Positions 35,495 to 48,958 are shown, numbered from the whole stretch's first letter. The stretch: DNA of 53,479 nt, filler included, from Squatina squatina (GCA_031763465.1; 2 parts of 2 records of this genome joined end to end with filler, not necessarily neighbours in it), one strand, 5' to 3'. Made by a program: numbers and translations. Notes: generated by a model not told the origin, from the sequence alone.

Positions 35495-35870
35495 TTTTCC
35501 TTCTGTACAGAGCATCTATCACTTCACGGATGGACGGTAAACTAGGAGATGTTTCCTACTGCACACTGGAAGGATCCATTGGCGTAGAAATTGAGCATGA
35601 TGTGACCTTGACTGAGAGCCATCCTCACCCTGGTCTGAGGCTCAAATTCTGGTTGCAGGAGATGGCAGAGCTCGGTGACTATGTCTTTGCTGAAGCACAG
35701 CTTTCAAACACAGTTACTCAGTGAAATTGATGTAGGAGAATTGCTGCCAGAATACCCTGGGAGGCCAAGGTCTCCTGTTGCCAGCTCTGTTGGGCCTTCT
35801 CCCTCTGGCCACATTTTGCTGTCTTGTTCTCTGCCTTTGTTCCCACTCAAGTAGCCTCCAACTGTGATTT
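35495..35870 (-). mobile_element. Decayed PIF/Harbinger transposase (HARBI1-like) N-terminal part
   Basis: RRPWPPRVFWQQFSYINFTE*, LCFSKDIVTELCHLLQPEFEPQTR, MLNFYANGSFQCAVGNI; stops and frameshifts. Confidence 0.78.
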
Positions 35871-36374
35871 TGAAGCAGGTTCAGTGGTAACACAGCCCCA
35901 ATGAAACAGTATAAATGTTGCCATTTGAAATCTCCCCTCAAATGAAACAAAGCAATGGCTAAGAGCCAGGCAATGGTTAAGAGGCAGAACAGTCCTTGAA
36001 ATGAATATCACTCAAATCCGTCCACCAGCCACCCTGCCTATGTGTAAGCAAGCTGCAAAGACTAACAGCCCAAAAAATCGTTTGTAAAGATGGCGCCTTT
36101 AAATAGCTGAAGTCCAGGGTGGTAACGGGGCGCTGCGCACGATATAATCGCCAGGCCCAGCAGAGCGGAGCGCTACCTTCGCGCCTCTGCAAAACCCCCG
36201 CACAATTTTGCAGAGGGGGCACTGTTCTCACCACGCCTGGGCGAAAACCCATTTGCTCCCCCAGAGGCGCTAACCGGCAGTTGCCCCCAAAATGTCTTCC
36301 AGTTCCACGAAAGTGACCACCATATGCAAGTTGCAACGCCAAGCGACTATTCAACTGCATGGCTATCACAGATA

Positions 36375-36693
36375 AACATAAGACCATAAGTAAGAGCAGG
36401 CCATTCAGCCCGTCGAACCCGCTCCGCTATTCAATTGGATCATGGCTGGTCCGACATTTCTCAAGTCCACCTTCTCCCCATAAACCTTAATTCCCTTACT
36501 GATTAGAAATCTATCTATCTCGGATACGCACAAGGTCTCAGCCTCCACAGCCCTCTGTGGCAAGGAGTTCCAAAGACACCCAACCTTCTGGGAGAAGAAA
36601 TTCCTCCTTGCTTCTGTCTTAAATGGGCACCCCCTTATTTTGAGACTGTGTCCTCTGGTCCTGGACTCACCCATGAGAGGAAACATCCTCTCA
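36375..36693 (-). mobile_element. CR1 LINE 3' end
   Basis: ERMFPLMGESRTRGHSLKIRGCPFKTEARRNFFSQKV..LWNSLPQRAVEA. Confidence 0.9.
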
Positions 36694-37121
36694 NNNNNNN
36701 NNNNNNNNNNNNNNNNNNNNNNNNNNNNNNNNNNNNNNNNNNNNNNNNNNNNNNNNNNNNNNNNNNNNNNNNNNNNNNNNNNNNNNNNNNNNNATGGAAA
36801 AAAATAAGGCATTTTTGAGTTTCACATTTTCATTTGTAATCCTTATATTTACTGCAAGAAATAGCTGTTCTTTTGTGGATCCCACCATTGGGAAGAAATC
36901 CTAAGTTCATAACTGAAGAACAGATCTAGTTCGTGATTAATGCTAGTGCCAGTGACTGTTTTGGGTACAAGCATGCTGTCATTATATGTATGTATTGTAT
37001 ATTTTCAATGGTTTACAAATAAATGTGCCACTTCCACAATTTTTTGAATCGGTTTGAAATGTTGTGTAAAGGTTATGAATAAATGCTTTAAAAGTCTGTT
37101 TCTTTCTTTATTCACATTTAG

Positions 37122-37211
37122 TGTGCTAAAACCTTTCTGAATTTAATGGCCCACATTTCCAAGGAGCAAACTGTGCAGTACATTCTGACAATGATTGATG
37201 ACATGCTGCAG
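37122..37211 (+). CDS. ATP6V1H: V-ATPase subunit H exon
   Basis: tag|TGT...CAG|gtatgt, 90 bp; CAKTFLNLMAHISKEQTVQYILTMIDDMLQ. Confidence 0.95.
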
Positions 37212-37822
37212 GTATGTTTACTATTGCAGGATATTTTCATTGTGCAACAAAGTATTTATTTTGAGCACTACATATTTGTCTCCGAGGGATGCTAATGTTA
37301 TGAATTTGACAGCATTGCAAAGCATATAGTGAGAAATGAGTTTGAATGTAAAGTGAATAAGTATTTAGCATTTACAAAGCATTTGTTAAAACCAAGGGGT
37401 AATTTTTTGCCTTCAGTAATCCAGGCACAGAACTTTAAGTTAGGAGTGAAATTTAATGGATGGTANNNNNNNNNNNNNNNNNNNNNNNNNNNNNNNNNNN
37501 NNNNNNNNNNNNNNNNNNNNNNNNNNNNNNNNNNNNNNNNNNNNNNNNNNNNNNNNNNNNNNNNNCGTGTGCGCCTTTATAAATTAATTTCTTTCATGAA
37601 CTGGTGCAGAAATGTTATCACTGTCTTGTACTTAAAGGTGGCATCTGATTATCTGTGTTTCAAGTAAAATTAATACCTTCAATTTTGTGAAGATGCTACA
37701 ATAATGCAGTGCATGTTCATTGGTTTTATAAATTGGGATTTATCATCTTACTATTAAAGTATTGTATTTTCCATTTAGATCGGAATTTATACGAAACAAG
37801 TCATTTTAAATTTTTTTTGTAG

Positions 37823-37870
37823 AAGTTGCGTGCTGTGGGGTCTGAAGCGGGAACTGTTTCTCCAAGTGAG
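37823..37870 (+). CDS. ATP6V1H: V-ATPase subunit H short cassette-type exon
   Basis: tgtag|AAG...GAG|gtaaga, 48 bp; KLRAVGSEAGTVSPSE versus recalled human KLRGSGVAVETGTVSSSD. Confidence 0.82.
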
Positions 37871-38482
37871 GTAAGATGAATAGAAAAATTAGGAATAGCA
37901 TGTGAAAGGTAGCTTAATTGTGCAGCTTCCTGACATTTTGGCACAATGCGGAAAAGTGTAAATTTTAAATTGAAGTATTTTTTGGAGACCTAAGGAGGGG
38001 GAATCGTTAAATGCTACAGAAATGCAAGTTCTTCTGAATCAAATGTTGTGATTTTAAAGTGATGGGTTAGGCAAGTGGGGGAGAAAGTCCTATAACCAAA
38101 ATTTCTTGCCAGGACAAAGTGCCACACTTGTATGGAGATGAAACTCAAGGACATTTGATTAAATTTGAAACAAGTTACTCTAANNNNNNNNNNNNNNNNN
38201 NNNNNNNNNNNNNNNNNNNNNNNNNNNNNNNNNNNNNNNNNNNNNNNNNNNNNNNNNNNNNNNNNNNNNNNNNNNNNNNNNNNATCCTAAAATTTAGAGC
38301 CAGCAAAGCATGGTAGAAGTTTGGAACTCTCTTCCACAAACGGCAATTGGTGCTGGGTCAATTGTTAATTTTAAATCTGAAATTGATAGATTTTTGCTAA
38401 CCAAAAGTATTAAGGGATATGGACCAAATGTGGAAATATGGAATTTGGGCAATATTATTTTAATCTATTCTTTTAATTTCAG

Positions 38483-38580
38483 AGCTCCCAATATGTGCAG
38501 TGTGTAGCAGGTTGTCTACAGCTGATGCTAAGAATCAATGAATACCGGTTTGCCTGGGTAGAAGCTGATGGGGTGAACTG
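38483..38580 (+). CDS. ATP6V1H: V-ATPase subunit H exon
   Basis: cag|AGC...TG|gtaaga, 98 bp; SSQYVQCVAGCLQLMLRINEYRFAWVEADGVN(C). Confidence 0.96.
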
Positions 38581-39244
38581 GTAAGAATTTCTGGATGTTA
38601 ATTTGTTCTATGCAAATTGATCAAGTAGTCTATTATGGCTTTTAGGTATTCCATGATAATTAATACTTTTGAGAAGATATATTGCAGCTAGTTGCTGGAT
38701 GACTGGAGGAAAACATTCATACTGAGCTGATAATTTATTTTGGGTGTGGCCTCTCAGTTTGGCTCATAATTCTTCCAAAATATTCTCTGATGTTTGTCAT
38801 CCTTCCCTTATCTACCCATGAAGGGTTATAAACTTTCCTCAGTTACAAATATTCAGCTTCTTTATTTGAAATTCCATTTGTAGATTTATGATCTATTTTG
38901 GGAGAAATAAAGTTTAGAAAACTGGTTGTATAGTGGAAACCTTGAAGAAAATAAGCTTTACATGTTATTTTTAAGAGCTTCAGTATTCTCTAAATCATGT
39001 ACCTGCTTAGGAATGTAATTGCCCAAATCTTGCTGGATAAATAATGGCGAGTTCACGACACACACTGTTATTAATGTGCAAATCGATCAGAAAGCTCAGA
39101 AAAAGAGATACGCTGGGATTGTGAATCGGCATAACTTGTTGGTTAATTTACGCTGCTTTGCCATTTGCTTCACACAAACAGCAGCCTGCCCTTAACCTCC
39201 TTGTTATTTTTAAGAACTTGCTGTATTTGCACATTAATTTTTTG

Positions 39245-39915
39245 TTATTCATTCATGGGATGTGGGTGTCGCTGGCAGGGCCAGAATTTATTGCCCATCC
39301 CTCATTGCCCTTGAGAAGGTGGTGGTGAGCTGCCTTCTTCAACTGCTGCAGTCTGTGTGGTGAAGATACTCCCACAGTGCTGTTAGGGAGAGAGTTCCAG
39401 GATTTTGACCCAGTGACGATGAAGGAACAGCGATATATTTCCAAGACAGGATGGGGTGTGACTTGGAGGGGAACTTGGAGGTGATGGTGTTTCCCATGCG
39501 CCTGCTGCCCTTGTCCTTCTATGTGGTAGGTTTAGGAGATGCTGCTGACGAAGCTTTGGTGAGTTGCTGCAGTGCATCTTGGAGATGATACACACTGCAG
39601 CCACAGTATGCCAATGGTGGAGGGAGTGAATGTTTAAGGTGGTGGATGGGATGCCAATCAAGCAGGCTGCTTTGTCCTGGATGCTATCGAGCTTCTTGTG
39701 TGTTGTTGAAGTTGTACTCATCCAGGCAAGTGGAAAGTATTCCATCACACTCCTGACTTATACCTTTTATATGGTGCAAAGGCTTTGGGGAGTCAGGAGA
39801 TAAGTCACTTGCCACAGAATACCCAGTCTGCTCTTGTAGCCACAGTATTTATGTGGCTTGTCCAGTTAAGTTTCTGATCAATGGAGATCACCAGGATGTT
39901 GATGGAGGGGGATTC
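39245..39915 (-). mobile_element. Non-LTR retrotransposon (CR1/L2 group) 3' part
   Basis: MEYFPLAWMS...KLDSIQDKAACLIG, GSKSWNSLPNSTVG; tail shared with the SINE at 17295-17660. Confidence 0.85.
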
Positions 39916-40309
39916 ATAGGATTACATAGGATATATGGCACAGAAACAGGCCATTTGGCCCAACCAGTCCAGTCCGGCATTTATGCTCCACTTGAGCCTC
40001 TCCCATCTTTCCTCATCTAAATCTATCAGCATAACCCTCTATTTCCTTCTATGCTTGTCTAATCTCCCCTTAAATACATCTATACTATTCGCTTCAACCA
40101 CTNNNNNNNNNNNNNNNNNNNNNNNNNNNNNNNNNNNNNNNNNNNNNNNNNNNNNNNNNNNNNNNNNNNNNNNNNNNNNNNNNNNNNNNNNNNNNNNNNN
40201 NNATCACAGCTCGCTACAGCGCCATCTGCTGCACGGGAGGAGGAGTGACAGGGCCGAGACTTCCCGGGACAGCGCCACCAGTGGCCAGGAGGAAAACAAA
40301 CATCACAGC

Positions 40310-40575
40310 AGGCACATAGGAACACCACCACCTCCACGCTCCCCTCCAAGTCACACACCATCCTGACTTGGAAGTTCCTTCCTTGCTGTTCCTTCATCGT
40401 TGCTGAGTCAAAATCCTGGAACTCCTTCCATAACAGCACTGTGGGAGTACCTTCACAAGGGCTGCAACAGTTCAAGAAGGCGGCTCACCGCCAACCTCTC
40501 AAGGGCATTTATGGATGGGCAATAAATGCTGGCCTTGCCAATGACACCCAGATCCCATGAACAAATTAAAAAAAA
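40310..40575 (+). mobile_element. 3' end of the same LINE family as 39245-39915
   Basis: ccctccaagtcacacaccatcctgacttggaa...aaaatcctggaactcc...gggcaataaatgctggccttgcc...atcccatgaac. Confidence 0.85.
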
Positions 40576-40904
40576 GTGGTTAGAATGTGGAACCTGCTAT
40601 CACAGGCAGTGGTTGAGGTGAATAGTATAGATGCATTTAAGGGGAAGCAAGATAAGTGCATGAGGGAGAAAGGAATAGAAGGATATACTGATAGGGAGAG
40701 GTGAAGTAAGGTGGGAGAAGGCTCGTGTGGAGCATAAACACTGACATAGACTTGTTAGGCCAAATAATCTGTTTCTGTGCTGTAAAGCTTAGGTAATTAT
40801 ATATAGTGCAATGTCATGGCCACAATGCAAACTATAAGTGACCAAGGGACAGGAAGAATAGTGAGATCCTTCTCAGAGATAAATACCGCAACCTCCAAGA
40901 CAGC

Positions 40905-41290
40905 AACAACTTGCATTTATCTAGAACCTTTAACATAGTAAAAGGTCCCATTGGGCTTTCCAGGAGTGTAATCAAGCAAAAATTGACAGCGAGCCAAAGA
41001 ACGAAACATTAGAACAGGTAACGGTCACAGAGATGAGTTTTAAGCAGCATCTTAGAGGAGAGAGAGAGGTGGAGAAGTTTGGGGAGGGAATTCGAGAGCT
41101 TAACGCCTTAAGGTGTCTGAAGGCACGGCCACAATTTTGGGGTGAAGGAAGTGGGGAATGCACAAGAGGCCAGAATTAGAGGAACAAGAGCTCTCTCTTG
41201 GAGGGTTGTAGGGCTCGAGGAGGTTGCAGAGATAGGGAGGGCCAAGGCCATGTCGGGATTTGAACACGAGGATGAGTATCGTTTTACCAT
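40905..41290 (-). mobile_element. L2-type LINE 3' fragment
   Basis: caacaacttgcatttat tail on +; minus strand shows an L2-like 3' region (ccttcagac...aagctctcgaattccctccc). Confidence 0.75.
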
Positions 41291-41666
41291 GATTTTAGCA
41301 CAGTGAAGAGTCAGCAAGGTGGAACAGGGTAGGTTCACGTATTTGCAGAGAAGGAGGGAGACAGGAAAAAAGGAGCAAAAATACATCATTGTATTTTTGT
41401 TAAATATTCAAAAGACAACTCAGTAAAAATGAATACTCACAATAAATTAACAAAATATCAAGAGTTGTTAAACCGATGACTTTACATAGGTTCATCTTTA
41501 TTCCTGTGTCAACAGGTTAAACGCTGTGCAGTTATTCCCACCTGACTGCGTGCATATTTACAATGGTATATCGATACATTATCTTACTGTTTTGAAACCT
41601 TCCTTTTCAAATTGAGTAAAATGGAAACTCTCTGGTCAACTTTTGAACATTATATTTGTTTAACAG

Positions 41667-41845
41667 AATCTTCTGGAAAAATCTGCAGAAAGAGAAACAC
41701 ATCAGGAATATGCGCTTGCAATGATTCAGTGCAAAGTCCTTAAACAACTGGAGAATCTTGAACAGCAAAAATACGATGATGAAGACATTGCTGATGACAT
41801 CAAATTTCTCTTGGAAAAGCTTGGAGAGAGTGTCCAAGATCTTAG
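41667..41845 (+). CDS. ATP6V1H: V-ATPase subunit H exon
   Basis: cag|AAT...AG|gttagt, 179 bp; NLLEKSAERETHQEYALAMIQCKVLKQLENLEQQKYDDEDIADDIKFLLEKLGESVQDL(S). Confidence 0.97.
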
Positions 41846-42709
41846 GTTAGTTTTGATGTTACTTTGCTGTGACCAACTATCTAATTCAAAGTAGTTATTG
41901 CTAAAAGTGATTATATTAGTTGTATAATTACCATTATATGTTGTATGTCTTCATTTGTGACTGATGTATTCAAATGCTTATTTGAATGTTTATGCAAATA
42001 TTATCCCTACTTGCCTGTTGAACCTGTCATACCAGCAGTTATTACTACATTGGTATAAATGGGAGAAACTGTTAAAGAACATATCACTCCATTTTAAGTA
42101 AAGCCATGGATATCTTTATTTTCATCACCTCAATGTTTCCCACTGAAGAGAGCAATTTCCAAAACCTTTCCTTCTAACCAAGGCATTAGAATTCTATGGT
42201 TACCCCAAGGTCACTTTCTGCAATAGCTCAACCACATTCTGTGGCATGAGAATGTAGATTTTGCGGAAAGTCTGTCCAGGGTTTATGGACACCTTGATTT
42301 CAATGTATTAAATGTTTGTAAAATAGACCTGAATTTATAAAACATTGAAATATTAACAATTGTTCATCTGTTGCAGTCCTCTAAAATTCCTGAAGAAACC
42401 AGTTAGTGTTAATCACATCTTTAGGACAGCTCGTAGTTAATCAGTACTTTTGTTTTCAAAAACAAATAGAGAACAAGATAGTTCAACTCTCTCTCCACAC
42501 AGTACCCCATTACTCAAAACCCCTTCATTAACCAGCTATCTGTTCTGAAGGTACAGAGGAGAAGCTTAGAAGCATCACCAACTTCAGTCAAACTTCTGAA
42601 ATTCCAGCTNNNNNNNNNNNNNNNNNNNNNNNNNNNNNNNNNNNNNNNNNNNNNNNNNNNNNNNNNNNNNNNNNNNNNNNNNNNNNNNNNNNNNNNNNNN
42701 NNNNNNNNN

Positions 42710-43000
42710 TTGAATGAGACATTAAATTAAAGTCCTGTCTTCCTCTTAGTCGTGTGGCACTTTTTCCAAGGAACAGGTGTTCTCAGTGCCTTGACCAACA
42801 GTCCTCCCTTAACCAGCACCACCAAAGCAGACTAACTGGTTATTTACCTCATTGCTGTTTGTCAGATACTGCTGTGCACAAAGTAGTTGTTGCGTTTTGT
42901 TTGCAAAACAACAGTAACTACACTAAAAGTAATTCATTGGTTATAAGTGCTTTGGACTTGAGGCAAAAGGTGCTGTATAAACACAAGTTAATTTGTTCTT
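42710..43000 (+). mobile_element. DeuSINE (SacSINE1/AmnSINE1-like) fragment
   Basis: Deu-domain-like cattgctgtttg...tgctgtgcacaaa...caacagtaactacact...ttcattgg, then an L2-type tail aaaggtgctgtataaacacaag. Confidence 0.7.
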
Positions 43001-43164
43001 CTTTCCTACACAGTATCCATGTCAATCTTGTGTATAGATCCCCAAACCCCTAATAGTAATAGTATTAATATTCAAATAACAAATATTTAAAACATTAATT
43101 TTCTAAAACATTTCAAAAATAAATCATGAAGATTTAATATTCATGATTGTGACTTTATTTTCAG

Positions 43165-43278
43165 TGTAATTGAACAGCTTGGAGGCAAACAGCTTGTAAT
43201 GAACCATATGCACCATGAAGATCAACAAGTACGCTACAATGCTCTTTTGGCAGTTCAGAAACTGATGGTGCACAACTG
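43165..43278 (+). CDS. ATP6V1H: V-ATPase subunit H penultimate coding exon
   Basis: cag|T GTA...TG|gtatgt, 114 bp; [37 protein letters not shown](W). Confidence 0.97.
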
Positions 43279-45054
43279 GTATGTACTATATGTATTAAGT
43301 ATATGATGAATTGGATTTTGCTCATTCTTTTTCCACTTTTGTTGCGCATTTGATCCAGCCTTCGATATTGAAGCTTGCCAGTGAGCAGCTTAGACCACAC
43401 GCTGTACAAAAGGCAGTATAATGGAGCTAACTTTGAAGAAATGGGCAACCTATGAGTGTCGTGATTTGTATAATTAGGTCTATCAATAACATTTTCAAGC
43501 TGAACCAACTGTAGTGTCTGCTGAAAAGATCTCTTCTAGTTGATCTTCTTCACCTTTTGGTGTAGCCTTATCCTGTGTGCCTCTGTCGTTTCCTCTTCCT
43601 CCTGTTCTGCCTCCACTATAAGACCATATATGGGAATGGCCAGAATGAATCCCATGGTAAGAGCTCCATGACAGAGGGTGGAAAGCAAAAAATTTCCCTG
43701 CCTCAAGCTGTTAAAAATGGCTTGCATAATCCTTTCTAAGTAACATAACTGAGAAAAGATTTTTCTAACTTCTTTAGTCAAAGCTGATGTTTCAGACAAT
43801 CTCCGTGGACATTAAAATTTTATGAAATCACTTCCTGGTTTGACACTTATGTAAGTAACTTATCCTTCTTTTCTACAAGCTTAACTTAAATCAGGTTCAA
43901 TTCTGGTGTAAATGGTGGAATATTTGGATTGCAGTTTTGGCCCTTGGTATCCTGTCACTTGCAAACATGCATCACGTTCAGGGCAGGCACATCTTCAGAC
44001 CACAGTCAATTCCATTGGAATTTAGCATGTACTTTAGAACAGGGTGTAACTCTGGTGTATCTGACTTATGGCCCACATTCTGGTCTCCTACGCCAGAATG
44101 ATGCCACTTTTGTACCAACAACATTTTAAATTTAGGGCCCAATATTTTATGCCATGCCAAATAATAATGTTCAGTTCCATTATGGACTGTATCATATTGT
44201 ATCAGATAGTGAAAAAGAACAACACTGGCAAAGACTATGCTGCTGAGTACAACAAACATTTCATATAATCCATGCCCTTTTTAACCTTTAGGCTGCTACA
44301 TAAAAATATCTGATATATTGCCTTGAAATCATGAAAGAATATTTTCAGCTAGTCCATCACAGAGATATTCTAAACAAAGCATAGATGCTTCTTTTTACAG
44401 AGGGTGAAAGAATTAGAGGGTGAATTACTCAAGCTAGTTTTATCCCCCCTCATAGTGGATGAAGATAGATATGTTGGTGTCTTGATTGGGAAAGTGAATG
44501 AGGGCAGGGAGAGTACAAGGAGGAAAATAAAGGAGAAAACTAAAACAATGATAGCCTCCCCAAAATAAGTGAGGTAAGGTAACAATAATTATAGGCTTGA
44601 AAAGCTTGTCTATTTGTGATTAAATAAACATGATAATAAATAAACATGATTACTATCTTAATGATAGAAAAACCTGTGGATACCATTTCAGTAAAATCCA
44701 CAAGGGAACAGCAAATATCCATTTGTTTCGACTTACATAGAAACATAGAAAATAGGTGCAGGAGTAGGCCATTAGGCCCTTCGAGCCTGCACCGCCATTC
44801 AATATGANNNNNNNNNNNNNNNNNNNNNNNNNNNNNNNNNNNNNNNNNNNNNNNNNNNNNNNNNNNNNNNNNNNNNNNNNNNNNNNNNNNNNNNNNNNNN
44901 NNNNNNNGTGAAAAGATATGAATTAGTATTGCCAAGGTAAGAATGTTGCAACTTAGCATTATGAAGATGATCATATTTCACTTGATGCATAAATCAAGTC
45001 AACATGACTGAGTGTTCTATGACGTGAGGGTCGCTGATATTTAAATCTGTCACC

Positions 45055-45733
45055 AGGCATCTGGGAGGTCCCAGTCTCCGATGGTTAGGGAAATCCTCAT
45101 GCCACTAATTTCCATTGCTTCATTCTCTGCAGTTGTCAACTGGGAAATCTGTGGAGGACCACCTCCGGTTCTCTCCCTAGTGTTCTGTGCTCTCTCCTGC
45201 AAAGGGGACAGAACAGACCTATGAGTGACTGCAATGGCATGTGTTCACCCGATAGATGCAGTGCATTTAGCGAGGGTGACTATCAGGGAGAGGCATCAAA
45301 TTGCATAATGATGAGGGTGAGTGGCAGTGGGGAATGGATAGATGGGGATGTGAAGAAGTGCGTAGAAATGGAAGGATGGTTGTGCTTGCAAGTTAAGTGG
45401 GTGTGAGGAGCAATGTGATGGAGTAGGCTTGACTAGGCAGAGTGAGGGGGTGATGTGCACAACAGGATGTAGTGAATATGCAACTGTATTCACCTTCCTG
45501 CCCTGGTTAGGCTATTAAGGAGCTTCCTGCACTGAATCCAGGAGCGCTGGCACAATGCTTCTGCTGCTGACCTCCTCGGCCACCTCCACCTACCCCTTCT
45601 TTGTTGCAGCAGCAGGTTTCTTCCTCCTGTTGCTGGGGAGCAGCATCTCTCTCCTTCTCCTTACTGCACCCAGCAGTATTTCAAGCAAGGCATCGTTAAA
45701 TCGAGGTGCAGCCCATGTCTGACCTGAACGCAT
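45055..45733 (-). mobile_element. Decayed Harbinger-type Myb/SANT DNA-binding gene with two exons (45494-45733 and ~45055-45196)
   Basis: APRFNDALLEILLGAVRRRREML...KKG*VEVAEEVSSRS../..WIQCRK; AAG|gtgaat...ttgcag|GAG; ERAQNTRERTGGGPP. Confidence 0.75.
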
Positions 45734-46847
45734 GATGAAACTTCTCTCTCTCTCTTAGTTCAAACTCATAACTCCTCCAAAATCCATCTTTGGATTAACC
45801 CTTTAAATACTCCAGTTGGGATCGTNNNNNNNNNNNNNNNNNNNNNNNNNNNNNNNNNNNNNNNNNNNNNNNNNNNNNNNNNNNNNNNNNNNNNNNNNNN
45901 NNNNNNNNNNNNNNNNNNNNNNNNNTTCCTTCCCTCCGTTACAACCTTTCTTTCTCTCTCTATTTTACCAATCCTACAAAAGTCATTGCTGCTCTGAACG
46001 CCCCGCTCTTATTCCTCTAAAGCTGCAAGTTATTCCGGGTGCACATATTCGTCATACTGTCTCCTACTCTGAACAAATAAACAAACCTGTTCTTTTCTGG
46101 AATCTCAAAATTGAGGAACCTTAGAATCATTGAATGATACCACAGCAAAGGAGCCTGTGCCTGTGCCGATTCTTTAAAAATAGCGATCCAATTAGTCCCA
46201 CTCCCCTGCTCTTTCTTCATAGCCCAGCAAATTTCTCCTCTTCAAGCTCTCAATTCCTCTGATCCTCCTTTCCTCCAAGAAACTTCAATCTTTTAAAGCC
46301 AAGCTAGGTATTATCACTTTTAATGATTTTAGGGTCTTGTCTCCTACTCTTTAACTTGCTGGTATCATGCACTCTGGGCTTTTGGCCTTCACTCAGGTAT
46401 TTCAATATATATATATATCAGTTGCAATTTATCAAAACCTGTCAATCAGCCTATTTGAAAAAATATCATTAGGAGAAAGACACCAAAACCAGTTTTCACA
46501 TTGTCACGATTTACTTCATAGAGAATTATGTAATGTTTCTGGAGGTAATTTTATAAGTATGTCCACTTTACATTTGCTCACCAGAAATATGCTGAAGCTA
46601 ATCTTCAACTGACTTACCTGCATGCCAATTGGTCTCCAAATCATCTTCACCTGATTACAAATTGCGACAATTGAATCTTGACACAAAAAGCTCAAGACCA
46701 AGCAGAACTACTATATATTGTTTTGCAGTCAGTTACCAAACCAGGTCTCTGCTACACACCCATTAAACACACATCAGTTCAGTGTTATTTTTAATCGAAG
46801 GTTTTTATTATAATTCAGCACAATATATAAAGAGACTGCTAAAATGA

Positions 46848-46868
46848 TTAGGGTTAGGGTTAGGGTTA
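46848..46868 (+). repeat. Short interstitial telomeric repeat (TTAGGG)3TTA
   Basis: Directly visible in the sequence. Confidence 0.8.
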
Positions 46869-47100
46869 CACTGTCTTCTTGCAGTATCTGTACTATTTTC
46901 CTGTTAATACTCCAGTTTGTCGGTTAATTGGGCATTCAATTACATGGATAATATGTTTAGTACAGCTTGAATCCACTGACATCCCTGAATAACTATTTGT
47001 ACTTGACTGAAGCTAATCTCAAAAAAAGATAAAATGATACCAATCTCAGTTAACAAGGTTTAGCTTCAATACTTTTGATTGCAGATTTCTTATTCAACAG

Positions 47101-47598
47101 GTATCGTTGAATGTGCGCTGCAGTTCCCACATCCCTACTGGTACTGGGACACCGTGCTGAAAATCGGTGTTTTTGTCTTTGCCTTTGTTGTACCAGTTCT
47201 CATCATCTCTGTATGCTACAGTTTGATGATCTTGCGTTTGAAGAGTGTGAGACTACTGTCTGGTTCCAGAGAGAAAGACAGAAACTTACGCCGAATCACA
47301 CAGATGGTCCTCATTGTTGTAGCAGTTTTTATCATTTGTTGGACTCCCATTCACATTTTTGTATTAGTCAAAGCTTTAGTAAATGTCCCAGAAACCACAG
47401 CATTATCTGCCTGCTATTATTTCTCAGTAGCTCTTGGATATACCAACAGCAGTCTTAACCCCATCCTCTATGCTTTTCTAGATGAAAATTTTAAAAGGTG
47501 CTTCAAGGATTTTTGCTGTTCCTCAGGGTTGAGGCTAGAGTTGCAAACCAGCAACAGAGTAAGGAATACCACACAGAATGCTACATTGTTTCGCAATA
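47101..47598 (+). CDS. OPRK1: Kappa opioid receptor last coding exon (ECL2 to TM7), truncated by a gap
   Basis: caacag|GT ATC; [31 protein letters not shown]...[14 protein letters not shown]...[16 protein letters not shown]...RVRNT; synteny with ATP6V1H and NPBWR1. Confidence 0.93.
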
Positions 47599-48958
47599 NN
47601 NNNNNNNNNNNNNNNNNNNNNNNNNNNNNNNNNNNNNNNNNNNNNNNNNNNNNNNNNNNNNNNNNNNNNNNNNNNNNNNNNNNNNNNNNNNNNNNNNNGG
47701 ATCCCAAAATGTTGCCCTGAAAATCCATCTCAACTTCAGTCACAAAAAATATCTTATGTTGTACCAACATGACCATTCAGTTACCTACACCTTCCAGGCC
47801 TGTGGCTTCTTGCAGAGTGACTGACAAATTGAAGGGCCAATTTTTGCATTTTTGTGTCCACTATTTAAAGCTATCTGAATCGATCTCAAGACTTACCAGT
47901 TGTCAAGAGCAAGAAACCTTCATCCCTTTTGTCTTTGATTTGAATCAGAAACATAAAGACTATTCCAAAAAAACTGACGCCTATCTCTTTTTATGAGTAT
48001 GAAATAAAATTGTACTAATTTGTAATCAGTTTGTGTGATTTACACAAACATGACTAGTTGAGAAAAAAATAGTTTAATTACTGCATATTTGACACCACTC
48101 ATCAGAAATTACATTAAGGGCAAACCTCTGTGGCTATGAAACAACTAATGTTAGATGAACATGATTGCATTGGGAAACCTCCTATTTTCTAATAGCGAAT
48201 GCAGAATTCCCTCAGTATATAAAGAAAACAGCAACCAAAATGATGAATAAGAAACATTTACTAAAGATCTTATCAAAGAAAATGCAAATTGGGACATTCA
48301 TCATCCATTGATTTATAATTGAACATTTTAAAATTATTTCTGGAATATTGGTGAAGATCATGATATTTAACATTAGCTGAGCATACACTGTTTTATAATT
48401 TGCTTAATTTACACCTTGACCATAAAGTTTGGAGCTTAAGTCTGTAATAAAAGTTTCTGAATGAAAATGCATTATTATAGCAAAAATACACAGCAGCATG
48501 CCTATTTTATAACATATATGGGAGATTTTGCCTGATATCTAAATTACTATTGCAATATGCAATACCTTTGAGTAAGGGCCAATACACAACTGTTTTCATG
48601 AACATGCACTCATCAGTGTTGTATCTTTATGTTTATGTTATATATTAATGTGCCAATAGAATAATAGTGACAATGCAAACCGTTCACATCAACTTTACCT
48701 TGGTCTTCAAGTTAAACACAAGCAATATTTAATACCATACACATTTAGATCTATATACATATCATACTCTGGACATTCTAAAGGCAATTTACATCCTTAT
48801 CTGATTCCCCTGTATATAATCATCTTTCAAAAGTCTTTTGAACGTAATGAATGAGCATTTCTGCAGCTATTTACAGCGCAACTCATTTGAAGCAGGTGAT
48901 AGTTTGGAAATGCATGCAACATACAGTAGCTGGATGGATTCACACAAGGCTCTAAACA

